Positions 15,845-32,255 of a DNA stretch of 64,000 bases are shown in pieces (position 1 is the first letter of the stretch; each line of letters starts with the position of its first letter). The DNA comes from the human T2T-CHM13v2.0 reference genome, Homo sapiens. The position numbers were made by a program, and so were the translations under genes. Under the pieces are notes generated by a model, which was not told the origin of the DNA, did not search any database, and saw nothing but the letters and a program-made list of their open reading frames with translations. The stretch lies in NCBI RefSeq assembly GCF_009914755.1, contig NC_060935.1; one strand, 5' to 3'.

Positions 15845-16156
15845 TGTTTGTTTCTTTGATTCTTTGTTTGTTTGTTTTGAGACAGAGACTTCTGTCAACC
15901 AGGTTGAAGTCCGGTGGCCCAATCTCAGCTCACTGCAACTTCTGTCTCCTTGGTTCAAGCTATTCTCCTGCCTCAGCCTCCCTAGTAGCTGGGACTAAAA
16001 GCATGCACCACCACACCTGGCTAAATTTTTTGTATTTTTAATAGGGATGGGGATTTGCCATGTTGTCCAGGCTAGTCTGGAAATCCTGACCTCAGGTGAT
16101 CCACCCACCTTGGCCTCCCAAAGTGCTGGGATTACAGGTGTGAGCCAACTCACCCA
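15845..16156 (-). mobile_element. Alu (AluS-like)
   Basis: Alu consensus; AGAATAACAACTT on both flanks. Confidence 0.92.
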
Positions 16157-16221
16157 ACAAGAATAACAACTTTCTAAAGAAGTCGTTTTTTTTTTTTCTC
16201 TCTCTCTCTTTCTCTCTACAG

Positions 16222-18467
16222 GATTTGGGAGACATGGTGGCAAGGTATGTTATTGGCCATCAATGCAAGCTGGAGCACAAGGCATGCTATGAAAAACATC
16301 AAGTTGTTTCCAACAAAGGGAAAACATAATTTACTAACACCATAATGTGTCAGTGTGATTGTGTGTGTATGTGTGTGTACTTATGTGTTTGTGTGGTATG
16401 TTGAATGTTACCTATGCCTTTTATCAGACATTAAACTTTTCTTACTTTTCCAACTGACTCAGGGGGTTATGTTTTGAAGAGTTCAATGCAGAAGTTGCTA
16501 GAATATAATTGCCTCTTTTTAGGATTCAGAATCATAATTAGAGATCAACTATTTGGTGGCAGATAAGGAGAGAGGCATTTATCTTTCAGTGACAGTAGGT
16601 TAGAAATGGAGTGAAGAGTTAGAAAGATTCCCTAAGGGCCACAAACCCATCCTAGGATTGTGGAGGTACATTACAATATCAGAAGTGGGTTTGAATGAAG
16701 CATTTTCTTTGGAATCTATTTCTTAAACACAGACATCAGAAACTTAACCAACTCAACCTGCTTCCTTGCAGGAGTGAATCCGTGCTGCTGCACATGCCCC
16801 AGCCTGTGAATCCAGAGCTCACTATAGGGCCCATCACAGGACCGGTGGACAGGCTCAACCACTTCCGAGGTGAGTGTGGCCCTCTTGGTGGAATCAACAT
16901 GCAATGCCTTCAATTATGGTTTTCTATGGGCAGCCTTCCCAGTGTAATGATTTTTCATCTAGAAGAAGAGAATAGTCTGTGAATAGGTATTTATATTTAT
17001 AGTTTCACTATTATCAAACAGACAAAACTAAATAAAAGATGGTGGAATCAGCCATATAACAAATTTCTTGGAAAAGTAAAACATGCAGAGGGGCTCTTTA
17101 GATGTAGAACCATTCATGTATGGTTCAACTGTGATACAATTTCATGTATACAATTATTACATGAAGTATACAGAACTGAATTAATTCAGGACATTTCAAT
17201 TTCAAATTCAGTGTAGTTAATGACTGATTTCAGTGACAGTGTTTTTTTAAATACATTTCAGGTGAAGTTTCATAGCATTTATAATTTTAATCATGTGCGT
17301 TTTAATCAATTAAAGCATACATGAGTAACTTATATAACAACACAAACACTGAGAATCTGTGAACAATAGGAACGTGATTTGGTGGTTGATGAGGCCTTAG
17401 ATAGAACTCCAGGATAGATCATGATAAATCCAGCAAATAAAAGAAGTCTGTGCCTGAATCTGGCACGAAAGTCAGATAATTCTTGCAAGGAATCTGCACT
17501 TTTCAGAAGGCAGATTCAGATTTTCTCTTTAAGTATGAATTTGCTAGTTTAAGTGGCAGATTATATAATATTTCTGGAAAGTGATAACTTTTTTATTTGG
17601 GTCTAAGAATGGCTCCCCACCTCATCTCCTGTCCCCAGCCTCCTGCTCTGCCCTGACAGAGAAGAGGCAATGGAGGTTAATTTTATTGCTGTGGACTTGG
17701 CTGCAGTGCAAGAGCTTCCCATTTTTCAGTTGTTGTGAAAGGTCGCTAACTAGACATAGACATGACCTTCCTCCCCTTTATACTTTTTGAGTTTATAGAA
17801 ATTGTGATCATTGAAGTTGAGCCATTTACTTGTGCAGGTATCCTAACACCCTTTGATTCCAACATTTTTCCAGGCAGAAGTTTCTTTCTAATCTTGACCT
17901 GTGTTTTCTAGTGAGAATCTCTTTCTTATCTGAACATAAGAATTTATAAACTGCTTTTCACTGGAACATTCTCTTTTTTCTACAGTGGAAACTTCCTTCA
18001 CTTGGGAAGTAACCAATTACAATATCAGGCTGTTTGAGGATGTGAGAAGTTTGATGTTTAGATGTGGATCTTTGAATTCTGACAGATCTGACAATTTTGC
18101 TGCATGGGGAGCCTGGGTCTTCTCCTCTGGCAAACACTACTGGGAGCTGGATGTGGACAACTCTTGGGACTGGGCTCTGGGAGTCTGTAAGGACTCCTGG
18201 ATAAGGAAGAATAGTACAATGGTTAAATCTAAGGACATATTTCTTCTTTTATGTGTTAAGGTGGATAATCATTTCAGTCTCTTGACCACCTCCCCAATGT
18301 TTCCTGACTATGTAGAGAAACCTCTGGGCCGGGTTGGTGTGTTTCTTGATTTTGAAAGTGGAAGTGTGAGTTTTTTGAATGTCACAAAGAGTTCCCTCAT
18401 ATGGAGTTACCCGACTGGCTCCTTAAATTTTCCTGTCAGGCCTTTCTTTTATACTGGCCACAGATGA
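16222..18467 (+). pseudogene. 5'-truncated TRIM43-like gene fragment: exons 16222-16244 (23 nt), 16772-16869 (98 nt), 17986-18467 (SPRY)
   Basis: DLGDMVAR / [16 protein letters not shown] / ...[12 protein letters not shown]...[11 protein letters not shown] resembles the TRIM43 C-terminus; canonical AG/GT sites; no RING, B-box or coiled-coil exons found upstream. Confidence 0.85.
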
Positions 18468-18932
18468 CCAGGATTAAGAAACCTGACTGTTCGGGAACTC
18501 CATATACAAGGGAGCCCCTCACTGTTGATGCAAAGAAATCATACTGTTCAGGCTTTTTTCTACTTTAGTGTCACTTCATTTTATTGGTATTAAATAGAAG
18601 ATATGTAAAATGCAAAACATTTTTGTACATTTTCTTACAATTAAAATAATCTCTTATGGCCCATTACCTAAAATATGTATTGTGATTTTCAAGTGTTTGT
18701 GAATTTATTGGATGGAATTCTGGAAATATGTGGGTGTGTGATTCCCACTTAATGATCCCATGCAGGAACAAAATTTGCACATAATGGACAGACAGGATTT
18801 CGTACAATACACTTGTAAGTGTGAGAGCTCTCTCCCATTAATACAGTAAATTCTACACCTCACCACTTTAGGCGGAAAAATTTATTTTACACAGAAGTTT
18901 TCACTGAATCTTTGGGCCAGAATAGGAATTTA

Positions 18933-19085
18933 ACAGTCATGCATCCTATGGCAACAAAAACACATTCTGAGAAATGCATTACTAGGCGATTTTATCATTG
19001 TGTGAACATTAGAACACACATAAAAACCTAGATAGAATATCCATCTACAGATATAAGCTAAATGGTACAGCCTATTGCTTCTCTG
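18933..19085. mobile_element. Tigger3-family DNA transposon fragment
   Basis: CAGTCATGC...TTCTGAGAAATGC...AGGCGATTTT...TTGTGTGAACAT...CAGCCTATTGCT. Confidence 0.6.
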
Positions 19086-19223
19086 AGAAGTTGCTAGCAA
19101 TGTCTGAGCAGGAACCAAAAGGGTTTAACCCACATTGAATTCTGTAGCTGTTTAATAAAGCAAACAGCATCACCCAGGGAAAAATAAACAGATGAGCAGA
19201 CTGTCTACTTTAAAATGTGTTTA

Positions 19224-20160
<937 letters not shown>

Positions 20161-20474
20161 AGATTCCAATTTTAAATAAATGGGAGACTATGTTTTTCTC
20201 ACGTACTTATTCAAATAGAGGAGGTAATCAAAACGAAGATTGACACTTTCATCAACTGGATTTCCTCTCTACGTGCAAGAAAGTGCAATCTGTTGCCATC
20301 TCCTGTTCAGTGAGAAAGCTGAAAAAACATCCTGAGCAAGAGGACCTGAATGTAAGGAAATGACCTGGTGTTTTCCTCAGTACTTCTGTTCCTATCCTAT
20401 TGCTTCAAGCTTAGGTATACAGCACACTGAACTGCAAGATGTATCCGGAAATGCTGAATACACACTAAAATATT

Positions 20475-20730
20475 TATTTTTATTTCCTTTATTTTATTTT
20501 TATTTCTTTTGCTAGAGACAAGGTCTCGCTATGTTGCCCATGGTGGTCTCGAACTCCTGACCTCAAGCAACTCTCCCGCCTAAACTGCCCAAAGCACTAG
20601 GATTAGAGGCATGTGCCACTGTGTCTGGTCTTTTCTTTTTTGGTCTCAAATTCCTGACCTCAAGCAACCCACCCTCCTCAACTGCCCAAAGCACTGGGAT
20701 TAGAGGCACATGCCACCGGTGTCTGGCCTT
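20475..20730 (-). mobile_element. Alu monomer (FLAM-like) with partial tandem duplicate
   Basis: Two copies of CTCCTGACCTCAAGCAAC...CTGCCCAAAGCACT.GGATTAGAGGCA. Confidence 0.8.
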
Positions 20731-21926
20731 TTCTTTCTTTCTTTTACTTTTTTTCTTTGATTTAGAAGAAAAAGAAAATTAAATGACAGCACAGCAGAAG
20801 AAATGCCCAAGAGCTTGTGTTCAATGAAAATCAGGTGATCCTTTACTAGAGTTGCTTTTAGTTAGAACCGGGAATGGGTATTCAGGAATAAGTAAACTCT
20901 GCTTTTCACCACTGTCGAAGTGTCCAGTGTTTCCCCATTCAGCAACTGGCTAATTAAGGGTCATATGGCAAGAAGGATCTTATGTGTCTTTTAATCTCTT
21001 AAATTGATCACTAACTCAAGGTGATCATACAAATTATGAAAATGCTTATTAGCAATGCTTCCTTATTCTTTCTGTCTGTACTACCTAGACTCCTTATTTA
21101 ACTTTCTCTCTTCTCCTCCCACACACTTATTTGCAGCACTTTCCTAGGGAACAGGAAAAGTCTATCACCTTCTGATGATTTGTGTCTCTCCAACTGATCT
21201 CAGATTACAGAATTTTGCCTTCTGGGCTTTCAACTCAATTCTCCTTTTTATTTTCACCAAAAGTTTCTGAGCTTTCTCTATTGACACTAAAAATTTCTAT
21301 AAGCAACAGGTATTACACTCTCAATATTATCTTGTTACCAATTTTGTTTGTCACTTATTCAAAGAAAATTTTATAGCTGATCGTATTTAGCTTAGATTTA
21401 CTTGTACATACAGTTGGTATTAGCTACTGTAGACATTTAAGATATTACTTTAATTTTGGACGAAGGGAAAGTGCGTATTAGTTTGGTAAATTTTCTTAGC
21501 CATTAAACCAAAAACTTGTTACATTCTTCTGTTTTGATAACTTCTATTAGAATTATTATCATCTGGGACATTCCTAAAATTGAGAAATAAAATTAAGGTG
21601 AAACTACTGGGAGCCTTTCCAGTTATATCAGAAATCTAGGACTCCTCACCTCCTGAAGAGGTTATTGATCCATTTGCCTTGTCACATTTTGTGGGACAGA
21701 AGTTAAATTCTTCACAGAAATAAAATTAAAAGTTAAAAACTGATGTGGAGACATAGCATGTGTGTAGTTCAAACCAGAGAGATTAGATGAAATTGTAAAA
21801 GGAAGAGTATACAAAATGAGAAGAGATCATGGTCTGTGATGAAATTGTGGGAAAGCGATAGCATAAAGGTAACATTGAGGAACTTGAGACCAGGAAGAAA
21901 AGAAGCTGTGTTTACCCATGTAGTTA

Positions 21927-22543
<617 letters not shown>

Positions 22544-22877
22544 CTAATAAGAGTTATTTGTTCTGAAGAAAAGCAGCAGGAGTATCTCAGATTAGTATTG
22601 AAAAGCAAGGATACCATAAGGAAGAGTTTAGACTATGATAGGAGCTTCACTTGAATGCTGAGTTATAAAAACTGGTCAGGTAGTGCTGTGCAAGATGTTC
22701 TATAGGCAGAAAGAGGCAACAGCTAAGAGATTAAAATAATTTCCATCAAAAGGATTCTTGATTGTTAGTATATGATACAAGTAACAGACAGAGAGATAGA
22801 AGTAAAAACAGTATAAAGAACATCTCTAGCCAAATATTTCAGGTATTACCATCTAATCCCTCAAAAATACTTATCTA

Positions 22878-23281
<404 letters not shown>

Positions 23282-24257
23282 TTAGGAGCTGTACATTTAA
23301 GTAGGTGACTATGAAATAATGACAACAGTAACAACAAGTTGATAGTATTCCTACATACAGGAAGCAGCATTTTGACTTTGTGGAAATAGAGGAAGAGGCA
23401 TTTGCACAAAGAAGGGCCAAGCACCATCTGATGAGAGATGGGCACCAAGATTGGAAATGGTTAGGGGGAAAGATATGAATAGCAATAGATAATAATCACA
23501 TTTAATTTAATTTATTTACCAACCCCCCCCAATTTAGTGAGGTGTACTTGTATGCAAGATCTTGTTTTGTGATTCTTATTGTTGAAATCAAAGAAAGTGA
23601 ATGATTTTGTATCTGAATTTATGAGAACTGGAGCAGTTAAAGCTAACTTGAGTTTGTAAAAATATCCAGAACCTGAACTGATTCTGTTAAAGCATGAGGT
23701 CATATTGGAGAGGTCCCTAGACTCTGTATACAATCTGGATGGATGCTTTTGAACCACATTTTGTATTTCTTGAAAAGCAAAGTCGCCTCAATTAACATCA
23801 GAGGATCTGAAGATATCTGCTCTGCTTTTTGTCCTGTGTGAGATACTGTGGAGTGAAGTGAAGCAAGGAACAGAGAAAGACCACAGACATCAGCTACCAC
23901 GATAAGTAGCAGCCCTGAAAACAAAATTCTCATGTATACAGGGCACAGGGCTGGTCCTCAACAATGAAATACTAGCTAATACTGAGTGTCTAATTTGCAA
24001 GAAGAAGTTCAACACACAAAGTAAGGGCCTTTTTACTAAGCATTAGAGGTTATGACAGAAATAAAATATTTTTCTAGAAATGATGAGACAGAAGCTTATC
24101 ACCAAAATTACTTATGCAGGGTATATTGCCATAATAACTAACTAATGCATCTTTAACCTGTTGGGAAGAGTTTTCTTAGGACTTCTTAATTTTCTTACGA
24201 CTAGCGCCAGAATAAAGCAAAAACATCTGGATGAGATTGAATAAAAATTCCTTTCAA

Positions 24258-24996
<739 letters not shown>

Positions 24997-26189
24997 TCAC
25001 GACATGGGTGACAGTTTGAGCTTATATCCTCAAACTCTAGCATGTGTCAGAATTATCCACAGGGCTTATTATTATAGATATTCCTAAATCCCACCATATA
25101 AAACTAATTGTAACTACAATGTCTAAATAATTATTTATGTGAGTAATATAAGAGATACATGTCTGAGAGTATATTCTTACAGGAGTAAAGTTTTCTTTTT
25201 CAATAGAAGTTTATTCTCATTAACAACCATAAAATATAAAGAAAAAAATGGTAATTTTTAAAAATAATATCAGCAAGTTTTTACCATTAAAATCTCCAAG
25301 GAGTTTAATCCTTCTGATATTTTTCTGTACATGTTTTTGTCTATATCCGTCTTTGTCTATAATTTTGAAAAATTTTTTCAAAATAAGTTATATTTATTGT
25401 ATTTTAAAGCTAAAAATGTATTTAAACATTTTATTAATTTAGGCTTTTTCAAATAATATCTTGTTATTTCATACGTTCAGTTAATTACTAGTTGGCAACT
25501 TTAGATATAAAATGTTTAAAAGGCAGAAACCTGTTTTATAAATTCTGAAACCTCATATTGTCAAACCCTAATTTGATCAATGCACAATTTATACATGTAT
25601 CAAAATACTATATTGTACGTTATAAAAATATGTGCAATTTTTATATATTGATTAAAAATAACAATTTTAAAATTTGTTCAAATAAGTTGTCATTTAAATA
25701 AAGGTATCTTTTTGATTAGTTTGAATTTGATCAAAAACAAAATTATCTGAATTTTTTTGGGAGGCAGTACCTATTTCATTTCCCTAAATTTAAAATTAAA
25801 TCAGCCAGAGATGCCAGACATCAAGCTCCTGCTTCTCTTTTTCCAAAACCAGCCACCATCATCATTAGCATTTTGATCTCCAAGTCTAAAGGCTGGTAGG
25901 AATTGATCAGTACTGAAGGGAATTACATGTCCAGGAGGAAGGTGAGATGGTAACAGATCTTAGATTTCAGTGAAGAAAGGGCAGAAATTATCAAAGAATG
26001 GAATGGTGTATATTCAAATATCATATAAAAACACTGTCAGATGTGGGAACAGAAATGAAAGTAGACTTGTTGCCCCAGAAAAATCAAACATGAATTTTCC
26101 ACGTGTGTGTTATTTAAAAATCAATGACAATATAAACCAGCACTAGAGGGTGTTTGTAGAGGGTTATTTACAGAGATTACAAATGGAGT

Positions 26190-26462
26190 TAATTTAATCA
26201 ACGGTTGAAAGGTAAATCCTTTTATTGATACTTTGTACTGCAGAAACCTAATCAGGGAGGGGCTTTAAGAATCCTATAATATACTGGCATCCAAAAAGCA
26301 AGTCTTATTATTTTAGAGGCATTTGGAATTTGCTAGACTGTGGAAACCTCAGAAAATAACATCTGTTGTCCAGAAAGCCCAGAGGACACAGAACTCCCGA
26401 GCCAAATGCATGAACTTTCCTGCAAGCACTGTTCAGACCAGTTATAGAATATTCAGGTGAGT
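26190..26462 (+). promoter_or_regulatory. Candidate DUX4-responsive promoter and non-coding first exon
   Basis: TAATTTAATCA (26190-26200), AAACCTAATCA (26244-26254), TATAATA (about 26275), donor CAG|GTGAGT at 26456/26457. Confidence 0.55.
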
Positions 26463-26809
26463 ATTTCCTTTAATTTTTTGTTCCTTGTTTATACAAATTG
26501 TGAACTTCTGGAGGGAAAGTCCTAGATATTATACAGTTTTATCTATAGCATGATATCTAGAATTTAATTGGAAACCTTTATTGTAGAATATGAAAAGTTC
26601 TGTGTTGTCTCTAACTTCAGGTTGAATGCAGCCTTGGTCATCTGCAAAGTTTTTAAAGTGCTCAAAGGCACTTTTTTATTTTCCTAATATTCCACTGAAG
26701 TTTTTATTTCTGTAATGGTATTTTTATTTTACAAAATCTATTTTGTTGTTTGAATCCTCTTTTTAAAGCTGCTTGTTATTTTTTGATATTTTTATTATAT
26801 TTAATATAA

Positions 26810-27175
<366 letters not shown>

Positions 27176-27412
27176 AATATTTATCTTTTATGTTACAAAA
27201 ATTTAAAAAATTAACAATTCATGCAGCTTCATAAAGTCACAGGAGCTCATACATTTTGTTTAAGATCAAAACTTACTCTCAAATGGTTCAGGAATAAAAT
27301 GATGTCTTAAACTTCTAAGCATTTCGTAAGTGATTATGATAAAAAATGAAAAATAAAAATTAGATGGATTATAACACAGAAAAGGGAAAATCACACAACA
27401 TTGACAAGGTCA

Positions 27413-27702
27413 ATTTTTTTGGGACAGAGTCTCACTCTGTTGCCTAGTCTGAAGTGCAGTGATACAATCAAGGCTCACTGAAGTCTTGACCTCCTGTGCT
27501 CAAGCCATCCTCTCACCTCAGCCTCCAGAGTAGTTGGGACTACCGGCACTACAAGTGTGGGCCTGGCTAAATTTATGTTTTTGTAGACATGGGGTCTCTC
27601 CATGTTGCCCAGGCTGGTCTGGAACTCCTGAACTCAAGCAATCTTCCTGCTTCAGCCTCCAAAAATGTTGAAATTACAGGCAAGAGCCATTGTGCCTAGC
27701 CC
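27413..27702 (-). mobile_element. AluJ-like
   Basis: Diverged reverse dimer. Confidence 0.85.
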
Positions 27703-27719
27703 TGTATAAATTCTTAGTT

Positions 27720-28011
27720 TTCCCAGTTTCTTTCTTTCCTTCCTTCTTTCCTTCTTTTCTTTCTTTCTGTCTTTCTTTCTTTCCTTCTTTTTCTTTCCTT
27801 CTTTCTTCCTTCCTTCCTTTCTTCCTTCTTTCCTTCCTTCCCTCCCCCATCCTTTCCTTCTTTCTTTTTCTTTCTTTCTTTCTTTTTTCTTTCTCTTTCT
27901 TTTCTTTCTTTTTCTTTTCTTTTTCTTTCTTTCTTTTTCTTTTCTTTCTTTCTTTTTCTTTCTTTCTGTCTGTCTTTCTTGTTTTTTTTGTTTTTGTTTT
28001 TTGTTTTTTTT
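27720..28011. repeat. (TTTC/TTCC)n polypyrimidine tract grown from an Alu monomer tail (monomer 28012-28128)
   Basis: About 290 nt that is almost purely T/C. Confidence 0.95.
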
Positions 28012-28228
28012 GACTGGGGTCTCTCACTTTGTTGCCCAGGCTTGTTTCAAACTCCTGAGTTCAAACGACCCTCCCATCTTAGGCTCCAAAAGTGCTGGGA
28101 TTACAGGCATGAGTCACCATGCCTGGTCACAGTTTCATCATATATGTAATGGAACAGCAAGCATAAAATGAGCTCACAGAGTTTTAAGGAGAGAAATAAG
28201 ATATTAATAATAAATGTAAAACATTTGC

Positions 28229-28680
28229 ATATTAGGTTCCTGGGGCTGCTGTAATAAACTATCACAGATAAAACAATAATTTGCTCTCTCACATTTCTGA
28301 ATGCCTAACATTTAAAATCAACATGTTGATAGAGTGGTTCCCTTTGGAAATTCTGAGGGGAAATCCACCTCCTGCCTCTCTGCTAGCTTCTGGTGGGTGA
28401 TGGGAATCCTTGGCTTTCATTGGCTTGTGGCAGCATAGCTCTAGTGAGCTCCGTCTCTGCCTCTGTCTCCACATGGCTGTCTATGTGTCTCAGATCTTCC
28501 TTTTATTTCTTCTATAAGGATACCAGTCATTGGACTTAGGTCCCACCCTAAACCCAGACTAATCTCGTTGGGAGATTACCAAGGTAGTTACATCTGCAAA
28601 GATCCTATTTTTGAAAGCCCATATTCACGGGTTTCAGGGGTTAGGACTTAGACATGTATTTCAGGGGGCCACTCTTTAAC
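28229..28680 (-). mobile_element. MLT1-family MaLR solo LTR
   Basis: TATTAGGTTCCTGGGGCTGCTGTAA...AAGGATACCAGTCATTGGA...GGGGTTAGGACTT. Confidence 0.8.
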
Positions 28681-29952
28681 TGGCAATTTGAAAAAAATGC
28701 CTGCCTGGCTCACAAAACAGCCACATAACAACAAAAACACAACTGTATTTTTATTTCCACTGCTTTACACGCATCACCCTAACTTTTACAATTGGGAAGA
28801 TGGTACTTCTTTTTTCCTAAATTCAGATTCTGAATATTTCACACCTCTTTTCTAATGTCAATTCTATGTGACTTCCCTTTTTTCTGAGTTAGAATACATC
28901 TTATATTTATTTATTTTTATTATTTATAATCACCACAATATATTTGGAAGTTTGATTTTTTTATTTCTGAACCATTTGAGACTATGTTCTGATCTTAAAC
29001 ACAAAGTATGGAATCCATTATTTTTTCTTTTTTTTAAACTTTCATTTGTGAAAGTTACTTTTTTCTTAATTACTCTTTTTATTTGTTACATTACTAAGTT
29101 TATTTTATTTTCATAGGACATTGATGAAATGACTTTTTTATGATTTTTGAGATTAAAAATTTAATAACTTTCAATTTTACATTCTTTTAAGTTTTTCACA
29201 GTTATTTTAATGCTTTTTTTGGTAAATTTTAATTATTGTTATTTATATCTTCATTTATTATGGAACAACTTCCCAAAAGTCTTTTTCACATAATAAATTT
29301 GATATATAAGCTATTATTTATTTTCTCTTCTATCTCAAATTTGGGCTTTAATTATATTCCAATATTTCAGAACATTTTAATCTATGTTTTGAGACATTTG
29401 TGACTTACGTGATATTATGACTATTATTGTTTACACTTCTAGTGAATTTTTAATGTCATTCAAAGGCTACATCCTTCTATACTCTACTGAGAATTAAAAA
29501 TAGTTCTCAAAAATATTATTCTCAGATATTCATAACTCATTCTCAGAATTTAAACTTCCACCAGTATCTTAACTCTGTTCTCTTTCCCTTCTAATGCATA
29601 TTTTCCCCCTGAAGGCCCATTGTTACACTCCTTATTCACCCTCCATTTAAGATTCGGTTTTATTTAATGTTGCATGTATTTGTACACAATTTTACTTATG
29701 TGAGGCTTAGTCTTAGAATAGAAGATTATCCTAAAAAGACTAGTGAAAGAGTTATGAGAATTTCGAGAGTGAATCCAGAAATCACTTACCAGAAGAATTA
29801 CTTCAGGCAAGAAAAAATTGCTAAAAAAAAAAAAAAAAGAAAAAGAAAAAGGAGTAGTCATCAGATCTGCCATGTTTTCAAGCTCTGTAATGAAAAATGG
29901 CAGGTATTCTGGAGGGAGTTTCTGGAGGAAGCCAAACTTTCACTGAGGCTTA

Positions 29953-30378
<426 letters not shown>

Positions 30379-31073
30379 CATTAATTCCCATGCACAGGTC
30401 CTGGAGAAGCTATAATTCAGTCTTTTATCACAGGTTCACATTCCCTTATAAAAAGGTAACAGTTGGATGCATGTCTGGAGGAGCTCTTGGGCTTGTCTTA
30501 TTGTATCTTTAACTTCTCATCTGCACCTTTAACTATGGCTATTTGGGCTGTGCTTAGAAAACAGCCATACTCAGGGCACTGTAGAATGAACAGTCTTTCC
30601 TGTTTAGGCATTTCTCCTTCCACTTTAACTTCTGACTCTGTCTTCAGGGCATTTCTGTTATATTAAGCTTCTTAAGTGATGAGTGGTCTGGTGTTTGTGT
30701 TATGCAACTCAATTTAAGATAGGTTCATGTGAGATCTGGCAGAAAGCAGGCTGGGGTGGGGTGTGGAGATACTGAATATTGCGCATGTAGCATATGAAAG
30801 GCAAACATAAATTTAATTCAGAAACAGGCAATGTTTATTTATGGTTAAGGGTCAAATGAATTATGCAAGGGACATATGGCAAATAGGATGTAATTTGCTT
30901 CATTAATCCAAATGAAGGCGAGTAACTTTCTTTCTCCTCAGAAATACAGAATCACACATACTGCAATACTTCCAGAAATAAATCATCCACTGAGTCTTAA
31001 AAGTAAATAACTCTGTGTTCTTGCTCTGGTGTCTACATAACCGGGATCTTATAAGTAAGCCAAAGACATCAAA

Positions 31074-32255
31074 ATGGCTTTGCCTAGAAGCCAAGGCCAT
31101 TGGTCCAACACAGACATCTTGAGGTTACTGGAATGCATGGAGAATAATCTCCCATCTGATGACAACAGCACGTTTAACTCAACTCAGTCACACATGGACT
31201 GGGGAAAAGTAGCTTTTAAAAACTTTTCTGGTGAAATGTACAGACTCAGATGGTTAGAGATTTCTTGCAACTTGAGAAAATTCGGTACTTTGAAAGAATT
31301 AGTCCTGGAAGCTAAGAAATGTGTTAAAAAGATGAACAAAAGCCAAAAAAGCAGGAACCGTCCAGACTTTCCAAAGAGGCCCCTTACTGCTTATAATCGC
31401 TTCTTCGTGGAGAGTTGGCTCCAGTACTCCCAAATGTACCCTGGGATGAGAAGCCAGGAACTGACCAAAATCCTGTCAAAGAAATACAAGGAACTCCCAG
31501 AGCAGATGAAACAGAAATATATTCAGGATTTCCAGAAGGCAAAGCAAGAATTTGAGGAAAAACTTGCTCGATTCAGTGAAGAACACCCTGATTTAGTCCA
31601 GAAGGCCAAGAAATCTGGTGTCTCCAAGAGGACTCAAAACAAAGTGCAAAAGAAGGTTCAGAAAAATATTGAAGAAGTGAGGTCTCTTCCAAAAACGGAT
31701 CGATTTTTCAAGAAGGTAAAATTTCATGGAGAGCCTCAGAAACCCCCCATGAATGGATACCACAAGTTTCACCAAGATTCCTGGTCAAGTAAAGAGCTGC
31801 AACATTTGTCAGTGAGGGAGCGCATGGTAGAGATTGGCAGACGCTGGCAACGCATCCCGCAGAGCCAGAAGGATCATTTTAAGAGCCAGGCTGAGGAGCT
31901 GCAGAAGCAATACAAGGTGAAATTGGATCTCTGGCTCAAGACTTTGTCACCTGAAAATTATGCTGCATACAAAGAATCGACCTATGCTAAGGGTAAGAAT
32001 ATGGCCATGACAGGAGGCCCGGACCCCAGGTTGAAACAAGCAGATCCGCAGTCCTCATCAACAAAGGGTCTGCAAGAAGGGTTTGGGGAGGGGCAAGGGC
32101 TCCAGGCTGCAGGAACAGATTCATCACAGACTATTTGGGTAAACTGTCATGTCTCCATGGAACCAGAAGAGAACAGGAAGAAAGATGGAGAAGAGGAAGA
32201 AAGCAGTAACTCTTCAGACTGCAGCAGTGGAGAAGAAATGGAAGTTGATGTCTGA
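31074..32255 (+). CDS. UBTFL7: UBTFL1/HMGPI-like retrogene, intact intronless 393-aa ORF (UBF-like N-terminus, two HMG boxes, acidic tail); probably the copy annotated UBTFL7
   Basis: [15 protein letters not shown] and [18 protein letters not shown]-box starts; Kozak aaaATGG; acceptor tttctttctcctcag| at 30941; AATAAA at 32416 and 32899; symbol inferred from position next to TRIM64C. Confidence 0.8.
   Translation: MALPRSQGHWSNTDILRLLECMENNLPSDDNSTFNSTQSHMDWGKVAFKNFSGEMYRLRWLEISCNLRKFGTLKELVLEAKKCVKKMNKSQKSRNRPDFPKRPLTAYNRFFVESWLQYSQMYPGMRSQELTKILSKKYKELPEQMKQKYIQDFQKAKQEFEEKLARFSEEHPDLVQKAKKSGVSKRTQNKVQKKVQKNIEEVRSLPKTDRFFKKVKFHGEPQKPPMNGYHKFHQDSWSSKELQHLSVRERMVEIGRRWQRIPQSQKDHFKSQAEELQKQYKVKLDLWLKTLSPENYAAYKESTYAKGKNMAMTGGPDPRLKQADPQSSSTKGLQEGFGEGQGLQAAGTDSSQTIWVNCHVSMEPEENRKKDGEEEESSNSSDCSSGEEMEVDV

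Noticed and set aside
23700-23933. Possible homeobox remnant (YL...EIQ.MWFK) on the minus strand
   Set aside because: YL-to-WF spacing does not fit a homeodomain and it needs frameshifts; not supportable by eye
27674-28027. Lys/Glu/Arg-rich ORF and antisense Phe/Ser/Leu-rich ORF
   Set aside because: Artefacts of the (TTTC)n simple repeat
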